Part shown: one piece after another, positions 47,929-58,554 of the stretch
How the letters are laid out: every line of letters starts with the position of its first letter
How positions within the stretch are numbered: the first letter of the stretch is position 1
NCBI GenBank assembly: GCA_965222115.1
Contig: CBDCTJ010000007.1
Location: 1,024,001 to 1,088,000 of the forward strand
Length of the DNA: 64,000 bases
Reading direction: 5' to 3'
Source of the DNA: Planctomycetota bacterium
GTDB taxonomy: Bacteria; Planctomycetota; PLA2; JAEUHO01
Position numbers and translations under genes: made by a program
Notes under the pieces: generated by a model
Databases searched by the model: none
What the model was told of the DNA's origin: nothing
The model's input: only the letters and a program-made list of their open reading frames with translations

Positions 47929-48326
47929 ACCCAATGCCGCATGTTGTGCACGTTCGATATGCGTTCGGTAGTTGGGGCGCTCATTTCCCTCGCATCGCGC
48001 CGCGAGTGGACGATACGGGCTCACACGTCGCACGGCATGTCGATAGATTGTGGAAAATCGGGCGAGCAAAAGCACAACAACGGACGGTTTCAGGCTCGCG
48101 TGACGACATGCAGGCATACACCGTGTCGTTCAAGCCATCCCATGGCGAACCAAGTGAAGTTTGAACGTTGCCCTGACGGGTTGCAACGGGTGTTTTTTGT
48201 CTGCCAAACAGCCCGCGAACGCATGACCGAAACTTCAATTCGTTGTCCGGTACGCGGTGGGCGCTGTCCGATGGAAGCGCTATGCTCGCCGTCGGAGTTG
48301 GGCGGCATGCCCGACGTGGAGTCTTC

Positions 48327-48632
48327 ATGAGTTCGTCTTCCTCCCCCAGGCGACCCACCGGGCCGCGCGCATCTACATCCTCAAACGTTGGCAACAACAA
48401 TCGGGAAGATCGTGTAGAAGGTGTGCTTGGTGTAGGCCTCGATGGCGAAGACGGACATCACCGGATTACCAAGGGCGAGGACTTCGTCCTACTGGGTGGT
48501 TCATCGGAAACGCATGAGCGACTTCAAGAACTTGTGCTACGCATGCGCGATACATTGAAGAAGCGCGGTAAGCGGTTTGGCGACCTCAGCCGAGACGAAT
48601 TCGAAGAGCTCGCGCACGACAGCATGCCGTAG
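48327..48632 (+). CDS. Small hypothetical protein
   Basis: GGAG RBS; GVGLD..DGH.RIT.GE.F.L.GGS.ETHE motif that I recall from PVC-superphylum hypotheticals (unverified). Confidence 0.7.
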   Translation: MSSSSSPRRPTGPRASTSSNVGNNNREDRVEGVLGVGLDGEDGHHRITKGEDFVLLGGSSETHERLQELVLRMRDTLKKRGKRFGDLSRDEFEELAHDSMP

Positions 48633-48993
48633 CCGAGTCGTTCGACCCTCCCGCGCGTGTGGCGCACTGTCAGCGACGGCCATCGAAGGGTTGTGCGGTG
48701 CCCGGTAGCTCGTTTCTCTCTGTGGGAAATCAACTCGATGGGCCGCTTCATGAGGGGACACGGCGTCTCGCATGCGCGCGCGCGGATGGAACCCAGCGCC
48801 CGAGGTCGCGTGCGTGCGGCCTTTACGCCCTTGGGCGGACCACTGTTGACGCCCCTTGGGTCCGCTTCAAGGCGGCCCTACGATGCCCGTCCCTTTGGGC
48901 GCCCTTCCCATCCTTATTGAAGGGCGCATGTCGAATGCCACGGGTACGGCGCGGCCGTCTGCGCGCCACGCACCGTGAGGAGGTAGTTGAGGT

Positions 48994-49854
48994 ATGGACA
49001 TAAAGAACGTAGGTGTCGTGGGCTGCGGGCTCATGGGATCAGGCATTGCCCAGATCGCCGCGGCAGCGGGCTATGGCGTTGTGGTTCGCGAAGTGAACGA
49101 TGATGCCTTGGCCGCTGGCAAGGCGCGCATCGAGAAGTTCCTCGGCAAGGCCGTGAAGCGCGAAAAGATGACGCAGGCCGACGCCGACGCGCTTGTGGGC
49201 AAAATTACCTTCACCACGAAATTGGCCGACATGAAGGATTGCGACCTTGTGGTCGAGGCCATCATTGAAAACCTCGACGCCAAGAAGCAACTCTTCGCCG
49301 AACTCGATGGCATTTGCCCCAAGCACGCCATCTTCTCCAGCAATACATCGTCGCTCGCCGTGGGTGACATGGCGATCGCCACCAAGCGCGCTGAGAACTT
49401 TGTGGGCCTTCACTTCTTCAATCCCGTGCCGCTCATGCGCCTCGTTGAAGTCGTTCGCACACTTGAGACGAGCGACGAAGTGTTCGATGCTGCCTGTGCG
49501 TTTGGTGAGAAAGTTGGCAAGACGGTCGTTCGCGCCAAAGACACGCCCGGCTTCGTTGTCAATCTACTTCTCGTACCCTACTTACTCGATTCGATCCGCG
49601 CACTTGAGAGTGGCGTGGCGACCATGGAAGACATCGACGCCGGCATGAAGCTGGGTTGTGGCTATCCCATGGGGCCGTTCGAACTCCTCGACTTCGTGGG
49701 GCTCGACACCACGCTCTACATTGCCGACATCATGTTCCGGGAGTTCAAGCAGTATCGCTATTCAGCGCCGCCCATGCTCAGGCGTTTGGTGGCGGCCGGT
49801 CGCAACGGTCGCAAGGCAGGCAAGGGCTTTTACGACTACACGAAGAAGGCCTAA
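48994..49854 (+). CDS. hbd: 3-hydroxybutyryl-CoA / 3-hydroxyacyl-CoA dehydrogenase
   Basis: GCGLMGSGIA, VEAIIEN, SNTSS, GLHFFNP, PGFVVN, PMGPFEL.D.VGLD. Confidence 0.93.
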   Translation: MDIKNVGVVGCGLMGSGIAQIAAAAGYGVVVREVNDDALAAGKARIEKFLGKAVKREKMTQADADALVGKITFTTKLADMKDCDLVVEAIIENLDAKKQLFAELDGICPKHAIFSSNTSSLAVGDMAIATKRAENFVGLHFFNPVPLMRLVEVVRTLETSDEVFDAACAFGEKVGKTVVRAKDTPGFVVNLLLVPYLLDSIRALESGVATMEDIDAGMKLGCGYPMGPFELLDFVGLDTTLYIADIMFREFKQYRYSAPPMLRRLVAAGRNGRKAGKGFYDYTKKA

Positions 49855-49886
49855 CCAGACCTTCCACGAGAAAGCGAAGGAAACTT

Positions 49887-50672
49887 GTGAGCGACACGAA
49901 TTATGCAACCTACTCGGTTGACGGTGGCATCGCCACGATCACGGTTAACCGACCCGACAAGCTAAATGCCCTCAATGATGAAGTAATGGCACACATCGAC
50001 GCCGCGTTCGCGCAAGCCAAGGCCGACGATGCCTGTCGCGTTGTCATCTTGACAGGCGCGGGCGAGAAGGCCTTTGTGGCCGGTGCCGATATCGGCGAGT
50101 TGGCCAAGCAAACCGTGCGCGGTGGGAAAGACAAGTCGCTTCGCGGTCAAGCCGTACTTGCGAATATCGAGCAACTCGGCAAGCCCGTGATCGCCATGAT
50201 CAACGGCTACGCGTTTGGCGGTGGTCTTGAACTCGCGCTCGCGTGCCATGTGCGCACGATGGCGGCGGAGACCAAGATCGGTCTACCCGAGGTCGGGCTG
50301 TCGATCATTCCCGGTTACGGCGGTACGCAGCGTTTGCCGCGCATCGTTGGTCGCGGTCGTGCGCTCGAGATGATTCTCACCGGCAAACCCATCAATGCGG
50401 AAACGGCTCACGCCTTTGGACTCGTCAATCGCGTGGCACCTGCCGCCGAGTTGCTTGAGACCACGCGCGCGCTTGCTGGCGCCATGCTTGGCAACGGTCC
50501 GATCGCACTTCAGATGGCGACCGAGGCGGTACTCCGTGGTGGTGAGGTAAGCCTCGAAGAAGGACTGCGCATCGAATGCGATCTCTTCGGCATCATTTCG
50601 TCCACCGACGACATGCGCGAAGGCCTCAACGCATTCTTGGAGAAGCGCAAGCCCGCATACAAGGGAACATAG
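49887..50672 (+). CDS. crt: Enoyl-CoA hydratase (crotonase)
   Basis: NRPDKLNAL, AFVAGADI, GGGLELAL, GLPEV..PGYGGTQRL; GTG 49887 after AAGGA. Confidence 0.9.
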   Translation: MSDTNYATYSVDGGIATITVNRPDKLNALNDEVMAHIDAAFAQAKADDACRVVILTGAGEKAFVAGADIGELAKQTVRGGKDKSLRGQAVLANIEQLGKPVIAMINGYAFGGGLELALACHVRTMAAETKIGLPEVGLSIIPGYGGTQRLPRIVGRGRALEMILTGKPINAETAHAFGLVNRVAPAAELLETTRALAGAMLGNGPIALQMATEAVLRGGEVSLEEGLRIECDLFGIISSTDDMREGLNAFLEKRKPAYKGT

Positions 50673-50750
50673 CCCGCCGCGATTTTCGTTTCTGTTTCAC
50701 GACAAAGACGTGTCCGCGCGTGGACTTCCGCGGACCGAGTAGGAGTCACG

Positions 50751-51965
50751 ATGAGTTCCAACGATACCCTTGTGATTGTGTCGGGCGCGCGCACGCCCAT
50801 GGCCGAGTACAGCGGCACGCCGGGTTACGGCCTCCTGAAGAAGTTGTCTGCCATTGAACTTGGCGCGATTGCTTCCAAGGCTGCCCTTGAACGTGGGGGC
50901 ATTGCACCCGACAAGATTGACCATGTGTTCTTTGGCAACGCACTTCAGACCAGCAATGACGCGCTGTATGGCGCGCGCCACGTGGGGCTTAAGGCCGGCG
51001 TTCCCGAGACGGTGCCCGCGCTCACCGTGAATCGCATCTGCGGCAGTGGATTACAAAGCGTTGTGAGCGGCGCGCAAGAGATTCAGCTCGGCCGCGCTAC
51101 GACGACGTTGTGTGGTGGCATGGAGAGCATGTCGCAAGCGCCATTCGTGATTGCGAATGCGCGTGAAGGCCGTCGTTTGAGTCAGACCATTGAGGCCAAG
51201 GACCTGCTCTTCGAGGCATTGATGGATCCCTTCTGTGGCTTCTTCATGGCACAGACCGCAGAGAACGTGGCCAAGGACTATGAGATTGCGCGCGAAGCCC
51301 AGGACGAGTTCGCGCTTCGCAGTCACAAGCTCGGTACGGCGGCCGTGCAAAATGGCGTCTTCGATGAAGAAATCGTGCCCATCAAAGTAAAAGCTGGCCG
51401 CAAGGAGATTGACGTCACGCGCGACGATCACGTAAAGCCCGATACGAGCTTGGAAGCGCTCGCCAAATTGCGTCCTGCGTTCGGCAAGGACGGGACGGTT
51501 ACGGCCGGCAATGCATCTGGCATTGTGGATGGTGCTGCAGCGGTAGTCGTCACCACCAAAGCCAACGCCGAGAAGGAAGGTTGGAACGTCCTGGCCGAGA
51601 TCGTCGAATGGGATACCGCCGGCGTGCCACCACGCATTATGGGCATGGGTCCTGCGCCCGCGATTCGCGGTGCCGCCAAGCGCGCGGGCTTGGATTACAA
51701 GAAAGACATCGATCTCTTCGAGATCAATGAGGCGTTTGCCGCCCAGTATCTCGGCTGCGAGAAAGAGCTAGGGCTCGAACGCGACCGCGTCAACGTGTAT
51801 GGCGGCGCGATTGCCATTGGTCACCCACTCGGCGCTACGGGTACGCGTATCATCTACAGCCTTGCGCTTTCGCTGCAGCGTCGTGACGTCAAATACGGCA
51901 TGGCGTCGGCATGTATCGGCGGTGGTCAGGGTATTGCCGTCTTGTTGAAGAATCCGGCTAAGTAG
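50751..51965 (+). CDS. Acetyl-CoA C-acyltransferase (thiolase)
   Basis: NRICGSG, VTAGNASG, EINEAFA, GHPLGATG, CIGGGQG. Confidence 0.95.
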   Translation: MSSNDTLVIVSGARTPMAEYSGTPGYGLLKKLSAIELGAIASKAALERGGIAPDKIDHVFFGNALQTSNDALYGARHVGLKAGVPETVPALTVNRICGSGLQSVVSGAQEIQLGRATTTLCGGMESMSQAPFVIANAREGRRLSQTIEAKDLLFEALMDPFCGFFMAQTAENVAKDYEIAREAQDEFALRSHKLGTAAVQNGVFDEEIVPIKVKAGRKEIDVTRDDHVKPDTSLEALAKLRPAFGKDGTVTAGNASGIVDGAAAVVVTTKANAEKEGWNVLAEIVEWDTAGVPPRIMGMGPAPAIRGAAKRAGLDYKKDIDLFEINEAFAAQYLGCEKELGLERDRVNVYGGAIAIGHPLGATGTRIIYSLALSLQRRDVKYGMASACIGGGQGIAVLLKNPAK

Positions 51966-52004
51966 TCGGTCGTTGTGTAACGCGCAGAGGATTGGTCGAA
52001 TCGG

Positions 52005-54035
52005 ATGAACACTCCCCCTCCTGCTGTTGATGTGCCCTCCGGCCCCCCGCCGGAGGTCATCACACTCACGCCCGGGAAGCGGGTCCTGTATCTAACCAAG
52101 GACCCGCAACTCATTCGCGACCAGTTGAGTGGGAAGATTACGCTCACCATGGCCGACGTGGGCCCTGCCGATCTCCTTGACGAGATCAATACCGACACCA
52201 TGACGCCTGCTTGGGTGTGCTTTCGCCATCGCCCTGAGGACATTGCGCGCGACGCCTACGCGGGTTTGATCGCGGGTGGCGAGCGCGTCGTTGAAACCGA
52301 CGCGTTGGCGCGTGGTGGTTTTGAAGTCATTGTGGCTGGCATCCGCAAAGGCGTTGGCAGTTCGCGAGAGACAGCCGTCCAGGCAGAGAAGTGGTCGGGC
52401 ATTCGCATTTCCATCGCGGCGTCTTTCGCACCCATTCACGGGCGCAACCTGATCAATCAGGGTGTCCTGATGGGCGACTACGACATCTTACGTCGCTTGG
52501 AAAAGGGCGAGGGCGTGCCGTTGTCGGCGTTCACCGACGGCTACGATCCCATGACCAAAAGAATCATCGAGTGTGGTGGCCTCTTTGAGTTTGGCGCTGC
52601 GCTCAACGATGGAACCATTACCCCGCCTGCCGTGGATACGCCTAAGCGTGCGATGACCATGGCCGAAAAGATGATTGCGTCACACTTGGTGAAGGCACCG
52701 TCACCTGCCTATGTCAAGCCCGGTGACGCCGTCGTGGCCCGCGTGGACGGCGGCTACAGCCACGAGTTCACAACTGCACAAGTTCACGAGTTCTTACGTC
52801 AGCGCTTTGGCGATGACTACGTGATCCCCAACCCGGATAAGTTCGCGGTCTTTGAAGATCATCTAATCTACGCCGACGGTGTGGCGCGTATGGCGCCCTT
52901 CGCAAGTGACATCCAGACGCTGCGCGATATGCAGAAGACGTTTCAACGACACACCGGCGTGCGTGATTTCAGTGCCACCGACGGCGTGAGCCCCGGCATC
53001 TGCCATCAGGTTGCACGTGAGCAAATTATTGAACCCGGTGACTTTATCCAAGCCACCGATAGCCACACGTGCATGGGAGGTGCCAGCAATGCGCTTGCAT
53101 ATGGCGTGGGCACCACAGAATACGCGGCATTGATTCATGCCGGCTTCACGCTGGTGCAAGTGCCCGAGTCGATTCGCTTCGAACTCATCGGCACATTGCG
53201 CCCCGGCGTTGTCGCGAAAGATGTGATTTTGTACATCTTGTTGCACCACGCCAAGCCGCAGCACACGTTGAATCGCGTGATGGAGTTTGGTGGGCCAGGG
53301 TTGCGCTCCATGTCCATGGACGAGCGCGCCACGTTGGCCAATATGGCCACCGAGTGTGCGGCACGCACGGGCATCTGCGAACCGGACGACGTACTGCTCG
53401 ATTGGTTGGAAGCTCGTCGAGGCACGATCGATCGCTACGCGTTGAGAGAGCGTTTCGTGTTGCCCGATGCTGGCGCCACGTATGACGGCGGCGTACACAC
53501 CATTGATCTCAACACAATCGTTCCCATGGTCGCCACACCGGGGGATGCTGATCGCGGTGTGCCGAGTGACCCCACCAATGGCGTGGCGATTGCAGATTTG
53601 GACGCGGTGAAAATCGATATCGCCTACGGCGGATCATGCACCGCGGGCAAGCACGACGACATAGACATGTATGCGTCTGTGATGAGCGAAGCGCGTAAGG
53701 CCGGCATGCGTGTGGCGGATGGCGTGCAGTTTTTCATTCAGTTCGGGTCGGCGGCAGTTCGTGATTACGCCGAAGCCCAAGGCTACTTGGACGTGTTTCG
53801 CGAAACAGGTGTTCAAATCATTGCACCCGGTTGCGGTGCCTGCATTGGCTGTGGCCCCGGCGTCTCGGAAGACGCACAGCAGGTCACCGTGTCGGCCATC
53901 AACCGCAATTTCAAAGGACGTTCGGGTCCCGGGCAGCTCTACCTTGCGTCGCCCTACACGGTTGCGGCCTCCGCCGTGCGCGGCGAAATTACCGCCTGGA
54001 TTCCCGGTATGTGGCAATCACCCGTCACGGCCTGA
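52005..54035 (+). CDS. Aconitase-family hydro-lyase: LeuD-like swivel domain fused N-terminally to a LeuC-like domain
   Basis: INTD, GVGSSRE.A, SFAPIH.RN (small subunit); then TMAEK, EDH, GICHQ, DSHT, GGSCT, PGCGACIG, NRNFKGRSG, YLASP (large subunit). Confidence 0.9.
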   Translation: MNTPPPAVDVPSGPPPEVITLTPGKRVLYLTKDPQLIRDQLSGKITLTMADVGPADLLDEINTDTMTPAWVCFRHRPEDIARDAYAGLIAGGERVVETDALARGGFEVIVAGIRKGVGSSRETAVQAEKWSGIRISIAASFAPIHGRNLINQGVLMGDYDILRRLEKGEGVPLSAFTDGYDPMTKRIIECGGLFEFGAALNDGTITPPAVDTPKRAMTMAEKMIASHLVKAPSPAYVKPGDAVVARVDGGYSHEFTTAQVHEFLRQRFGDDYVIPNPDKFAVFEDHLIYADGVARMAPFASDIQTLRDMQKTFQRHTGVRDFSATDGVSPGICHQVAREQIIEPGDFIQATDSHTCMGGASNALAYGVGTTEYAALIHAGFTLVQVPESIRFELIGTLRPGVVAKDVILYILLHHAKPQHTLNRVMEFGGPGLRSMSMDERATLANMATECAARTGICEPDDVLLDWLEARRGTIDRYALRERFVLPDAGATYDGGVHTIDLNTIVPMVATPGDADRGVPSDPTNGVAIADLDAVKIDIAYGGSCTAGKHDDIDMYASVMSEARKAGMRVADGVQFFIQFGSAAVRDYAEAQGYLDVFRETGVQIIAPGCGACIGCGPGVSEDAQQVTVSAINRNFKGRSGPGQLYLASPYTVAASAVRGEITAWIPGMWQSPVTA

Positions 54036-54140
54036 CGCGGCCACGGTTTCAACAGAACTTTGCTCGGTCGCCCTTGTGAAGTGCGCTAGCCTCCCCGTGC
54101 GTTGTGCTCGTGATCATGAGGAGCGCGCGCAGGAGATCTC

Positions 54141-55217
54141 ATGCGACGACACGAACTGGGTGTATTGGCAGGTGACGGCATCGGTGAAGAAGTGGTGCGC
54201 GAGGGTCTTCGCGTGCTCGAAGCGGTTGCGCAGCAAGAGGGTTTTGAGACCGACCTCACGCACTACCCGTATGGCGCAGATCACTACCTGGAAACCGGCG
54301 AAGACATGCCCGAGTCGGCCGTTGCCGAGATGGCGACGAAGGAGGCGATTCTGCTTGGCGCCATCGGCGATCCGCGCATTGAAACAGGCTACCTCGAGCG
54401 CAAGATCATTTGGGGCCTGCGTCAAGGCTTTGATCTCTTTGTCAATCTGCGACCCATCAAGCTCTACAGCGAAGCGTTTTGCCCGCTCAAAAACAAAGCG
54501 CCCGACGACGTGGATCTTGTGGTGGTGCGCGAGAACACGGAAGATGCTTACGCGGGGTTGGGGGGCATCCACCGTATTGGTACGCCGCACGAAGTGGCGA
54601 TTGCTGAAATGATTTATACCCGCAACGGCGTGGAACGCGTGATTCGCTACTCGTTTGAACTCGCCAAGCAGCGCAACAAGAATGGCGCACCCCAGGTCAC
54701 ACTCGTCGATAAGAGCAACGCGATTCGCGCGCAAGACATTTGGACTCGCACGTTTGCCGAAGTGGCTGCCGAGTACCCGAATATCAAAACCGATCACGCC
54801 TACATCGACGCAGCTTGTATGTGGATGGTGAAGAACCCCGAGTGGTTTGACGTGGTGGTCACACCCAACCTATTCGGCGACATCATTACTGATCTTGGCG
54901 CAATGGTGCAGGGCGGTATGGGTGTTGCCGCCAGCGGAAACATTCATCCCGGCAAAGTGAGCGTGTTTGAACCCATCCACGGTTCGGCGCCCAAGTACCG
55001 CGGCAAGAACAAGGCCAATCCCCTGGCCACCATTGAAGCGGTTCGCATGATGCTTGAACACATTGGCGAGCACGCGGCCGCCGCCCGTGTGAGTACGGCG
55101 ATCCAGTCCTTGCTCGAGAGTGGGCGTATCAAGAGTCTTTCGGCCGGTGCACATAGCACGAGTGAGTGGGGCGACATGGTGCTCGACGCGTTGTCAGCTT
55201 CCGCAGCCGCTAGTTAG
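54141..55217 (+). CDS. leuB: 3-isopropylmalate dehydrogenase (type 2-like beta-decarboxylating dehydrogenase)
   Basis: [42 protein letters not shown]. Confidence 0.85.
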   Translation: MRRHELGVLAGDGIGEEVVREGLRVLEAVAQQEGFETDLTHYPYGADHYLETGEDMPESAVAEMATKEAILLGAIGDPRIETGYLERKIIWGLRQGFDLFVNLRPIKLYSEAFCPLKNKAPDDVDLVVVRENTEDAYAGLGGIHRIGTPHEVAIAEMIYTRNGVERVIRYSFELAKQRNKNGAPQVTLVDKSNAIRAQDIWTRTFAEVAAEYPNIKTDHAYIDAACMWMVKNPEWFDVVVTPNLFGDIITDLGAMVQGGMGVAASGNIHPGKVSVFEPIHGSAPKYRGKNKANPLATIEAVRMMLEHIGEHAAAARVSTAIQSLLESGRIKSLSAGAHSTSEWGDMVLDALSASAAAS

Positions 55218-55261
55218 TTTTAGGCAGCTTCTTGACGCCATTCTCTCCTCGGTAACTCGCC

Positions 55262-56209
55262 ATGTTTGTGTTGCCCATCGGTGATGCGCCCAATTTCGCG
55301 GCGCGCCGGCCGTGGATGACATGGGCGCTCATGGCGATCCAGATCGCGGTCCATGCATGGGTGTACTCGCTCGATGCCGCCGCACAGGGCGACGTGCTTC
55401 GACGCTTTGGCCACGTGACGATGGCGCCGGAGATGCCTACTTGGGTGACGTACGCATTCGTTCATGGCGGGTGGCTACACCTCGGTCTCAACGTGATCGC
55501 GCTCTGGGTATTTGGCGACAACGTGGAGGCCCGGTTGGGGTTATGGGGATTCTTGGCAACCTATCTGGCGTGTGGTGTGTCCGGGGCACTGCTCTTCGAT
55601 GTTGCGCATTCCGGTTCCAGCATGCCGTTGGTCGGTGCATCGGGTGCCGTGTTCGGCATCATGGGCGTCTATGTTGGGCTGTTTCCTAAGAACCGCATTC
55701 GATTTCTACTTTGGTTCTTTGCCTTTGTTTTCCTGTGGGCACCGGCACGTCTTGTCATCGGAGGCTTGGTGGCGCTCGATGTTGTATTGGGGTTGCGTGA
55801 CGCAATCGTTGGTGGTGAAGCGGGCGGCGTTGCCCACGCGGCGCATGTGGGCGGATTCGTCACGGGGTGGATCTTGGCACTCGTGCTTCGCCGGATGCTG
55901 CCATCACTCTCGCCGGTGTCCAACCGCCTCTCCCAGGCACCAGGTGGTGCACGAGTCATGCTGGAGAGCGCGGTCCATTTTGAGCGACGCGGTGAACGCG
56001 CAATGGCTGAGCGCCTTTACGTCGCGGTGCTGCGCGACCACGTGGGTGCGTCGGAAGCCGCAACGGCGGCGTATCGATTGGGCGTGATGCTTGATGGTGT
56101 CGCGTCGCGCCGCGCGGAGGCCCACGGCTACCTGCGGCACGCGCGCGATATGCATCCCGAGGCCACGATTCGAGCACGTGCCGAGGAACGGCTCGTAGAT
56201 GACGGCTAA
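55262..56209 (+). CDS. Rhomboid intramembrane serine protease with TPR-like tail
   Basis: HGGWLHL..N, FGDNVE, VGASGA (Ser), AHVGG (His). Confidence 0.92.
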   Translation: MFVLPIGDAPNFAARRPWMTWALMAIQIAVHAWVYSLDAAAQGDVLRRFGHVTMAPEMPTWVTYAFVHGGWLHLGLNVIALWVFGDNVEARLGLWGFLATYLACGVSGALLFDVAHSGSSMPLVGASGAVFGIMGVYVGLFPKNRIRFLLWFFAFVFLWAPARLVIGGLVALDVVLGLRDAIVGGEAGGVAHAAHVGGFVTGWILALVLRRMLPSLSPVSNRLSQAPGGARVMLESAVHFERRGERAMAERLYVAVLRDHVGASEAATAAYRLGVMLDGVASRRAEAHGYLRHARDMHPEATIRARAEERLVDDG

Positions 56210-56344
56210 TTGGGAAGGGGTGCCACTGGCGGGCGTCTAAGCGGAGATCAGCGTGCCGGGGTTGATTCCTATTTGTTGGTTCTGACGCTACCCTTTACGC
56301 CGGCTTGGCGGTTCATCCGGCGAGAGCGGTCTGCGTGCTCGTTC

Positions 56345-56373
56345 ACCTTGAACTCGCATACCTTGAACTCGCA
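56345..56373. repeat. 15-bp-period tandem repeat ACCTTGAACTCGCA x2
   Basis: Directly visible, just upstream of the next gene start. Confidence 0.8.
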
Positions 56374-56384
56374 CACGTAGGACG

Positions 56385-58493
56385 TTGAGGACGCTTGTGA
56401 CGAAACGACTCTTGAAATGGACCAAGCGTCTGGTGTTGCTCTTGCTCGTACTTGGGCTTGCCGCATTCCTGATCTTTGGGTTCATGTTCTTCTGGCCATG
56501 GGAAGGCAAGATCGACAATGTGATGGAGTTGGTTCCGTACGACGTCGAGTTTGTCCTTCGTGGTGACTACGAAGACTTTGAGGACCTTGAGTGGCTTGAC
56601 AAGAACGTCACGGAGAATCCGCTACACCCCACGGTGAAAGCGTGGACCACGGGCAAGCGGCGCGAGTTGCCGCCCAACGTTCCCACGCTCCCCACCATTC
56701 GCGAATCCCTAGAAGATATTGAGTCGCAGATCAATCGTCAGATTCCACTCGACGCCGAGTGGGCTACGTTTGGCGTGGTCAAGGACATCTTGCGGGGCGA
56801 AACCGTTGTTGCGGGCAACTTCTGTCGTGGCGCCAAGCCCGCGGCGGGGCCGCCCAGTTGGCAAGAGATCTTGTTGCTTACGCGCGTGTCGTGGCGCTCC
56901 AAGTTTGTTTCCGGGCTCCGCTTTGGATTTGTACGCAACAATCTAGGTCCCAATCTCAAGGCCGAAGAACTCGAAGGCAATGTCTTCAAGCTTACGTTTC
57001 CAAACGTGCCCGTGCGCCCCTTGCGTGAACGGTCTACGTGTGGCGACGGATTCGTTATTCCCGAGGACAACATTTGGTACCTCTACCGGATCAAAGATGT
57101 TATTGCGCTGAGCAATAGCGAATCGCTAGTTATGAAGGTTGCTGCGCTTGGAGAAGGCTCAGCAATGGGCAGCGAGAGTTTCTTGGATCGTCCGGGCTTC
57201 TCTGTCGATGCTTCTGACACCGGTGTGCGAGCGGCCATCGATATGACGCCGCTTCATCGATACTTGATTCGCGCCACCGAGGAGTTTCCGGCTATGCGAC
57301 CGGTGCTCAATGTGTTGCGACCGAAGGGGCTGCTCAAGCTTACGGGGGGGCTCGACTTGAGCACCTACAGCGTCTTGCGCGGTGAAGCCAATCTTGAAAT
57401 CAAGCCTACCGAGATTCAGGAGGCCTACGACAGCGTCTATCGCCTGACGCCGCGACCCGTGCGCGAAGGCATTGCCGATATGGTGCCCGCCAAAGACACC
57501 TTTGCCATTGCGTTCCTACGCACCAACCCTAAGTTTTTGATGAAGACCATTTATCGCGAACTTTCGCCCGCTGATCGCCGGCTTTGGGAAGAGAACTTGC
57601 GCCGCATGGACGGCGGTTACCGCTCGCTCGACGAGTTCTTTCGTGACTTGGCCGACTACATGGGGGAAACGGCGACGGTGGCTGTAGGGCGGCTGAGTGA
57701 GGTCTTTAACAAGATCGACTACAGCGATTGGTATTCGGATGAAGTGGACCCGTTTCCGGCGGTTGCGATCCTTGCGGATGTGCGGCCCGGCATCACGCTC
57801 GATGAAGTGACCGAGTTCCTCAAAGCCAAGTTGCCGCTACTGGGTGTGGATAAGAACCTCAAAGAAGAAACCTACAAGGGCTTTACCTATGGCTGGGGTC
57901 AACTTGAGATTCAAGTCATGGATTACAAGCTCTTTGAGCCCTGCTTCATTGCCGTGCAAGGCCAAGTCATTTTGGCCAGCAATCGCAAGTACTTGCATCA
58001 AATCCTCGACACGATCAAGGGTGAAACCGAGCCCCTCAGCAAAGACGAGCGCTTTCGGACCACCATGGCTGCATTGCCCGATCGCGGGCAGATCGGCGTT
58101 TTCTTGGACTTGGAGAAGTTCACACGCATTCCCAAAGACACCAACCCCGGATCGCAGCCGCGCGGCTATCTATGGGATGAGCGCAACAACTGGGTGCGCA
58201 AGAACAAGGATCCACGTTCGGAAGCGATCGCGTTTCGCGAGCGCGAGGCGCGTGCACTGCCACGCAACCCGACGCGTGCTCAAGAAGACGATCTCGAAAA
58301 GCGCGTGGCGCAATTTGTGGAAGCGCATCAAGCGCAGTACGCCGACTTTCTCAACGAGTACCGCATCGAACTCGGTGAACTACGACGCTTCGGCGCGTTT
58401 GCGGCCGTGTTGTCCGCGTCGGGCAACGACCTGCGACTGGAGACGGTGGTGCAGTTGCGCGACGCGGAAGAATGGCTCGACTGGCAGCGATAG
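56385..58493 (+). CDS. Large N-terminally anchored periplasmic hypothetical protein
   Basis: 702-aa ORF with one N-terminal TM and host-like codon usage; start 56385 or 56397. Confidence 0.75.
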   Translation: MRTLVTKRLLKWTKRLVLLLLVLGLAAFLIFGFMFFWPWEGKIDNVMELVPYDVEFVLRGDYEDFEDLEWLDKNVTENPLHPTVKAWTTGKRRELPPNVPTLPTIRESLEDIESQINRQIPLDAEWATFGVVKDILRGETVVAGNFCRGAKPAAGPPSWQEILLLTRVSWRSKFVSGLRFGFVRNNLGPNLKAEELEGNVFKLTFPNVPVRPLRERSTCGDGFVIPEDNIWYLYRIKDVIALSNSESLVMKVAALGEGSAMGSESFLDRPGFSVDASDTGVRAAIDMTPLHRYLIRATEEFPAMRPVLNVLRPKGLLKLTGGLDLSTYSVLRGEANLEIKPTEIQEAYDSVYRLTPRPVREGIADMVPAKDTFAIAFLRTNPKFLMKTIYRELSPADRRLWEENLRRMDGGYRSLDEFFRDLADYMGETATVAVGRLSEVFNKIDYSDWYSDEVDPFPAVAILADVRPGITLDEVTEFLKAKLPLLGVDKNLKEETYKGFTYGWGQLEIQVMDYKLFEPCFIAVQGQVILASNRKYLHQILDTIKGETEPLSKDERFRTTMAALPDRGQIGVFLDLEKFTRIPKDTNPGSQPRGYLWDERNNWVRKNKDPRSEAIAFREREARALPRNPTRAQEDDLEKRVAQFVEAHQAQYADFLNEYRIELGELRRFGAFAAVLSASGNDLRLETVVQLRDAEEWLDWQR

Positions 58494-58508
58494 ACGGCGC
58501 AGCGGCGC

Positions 58509-58536
58509 TTGACAGACGAAGGGGCACGGCTACCGT
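58509..58536 (+). promoter_or_regulatory. Sigma70-like promoter of the tRNA
   Basis: TTGACA-16 nt-TACCGT ending 18 nt before the tRNA. Confidence 0.55.
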
Positions 58537-58554
58537 ACGCCCCACCTCATTCCT

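Noticed and set aside
47929-48326. Possible sRNA or ZTP riboswitch after polA
   Set aside because: Hairpins are present, but the ZTP consensus (GACUGGCG..CGCCUGGGC) is absent and the terminator stem is poor.
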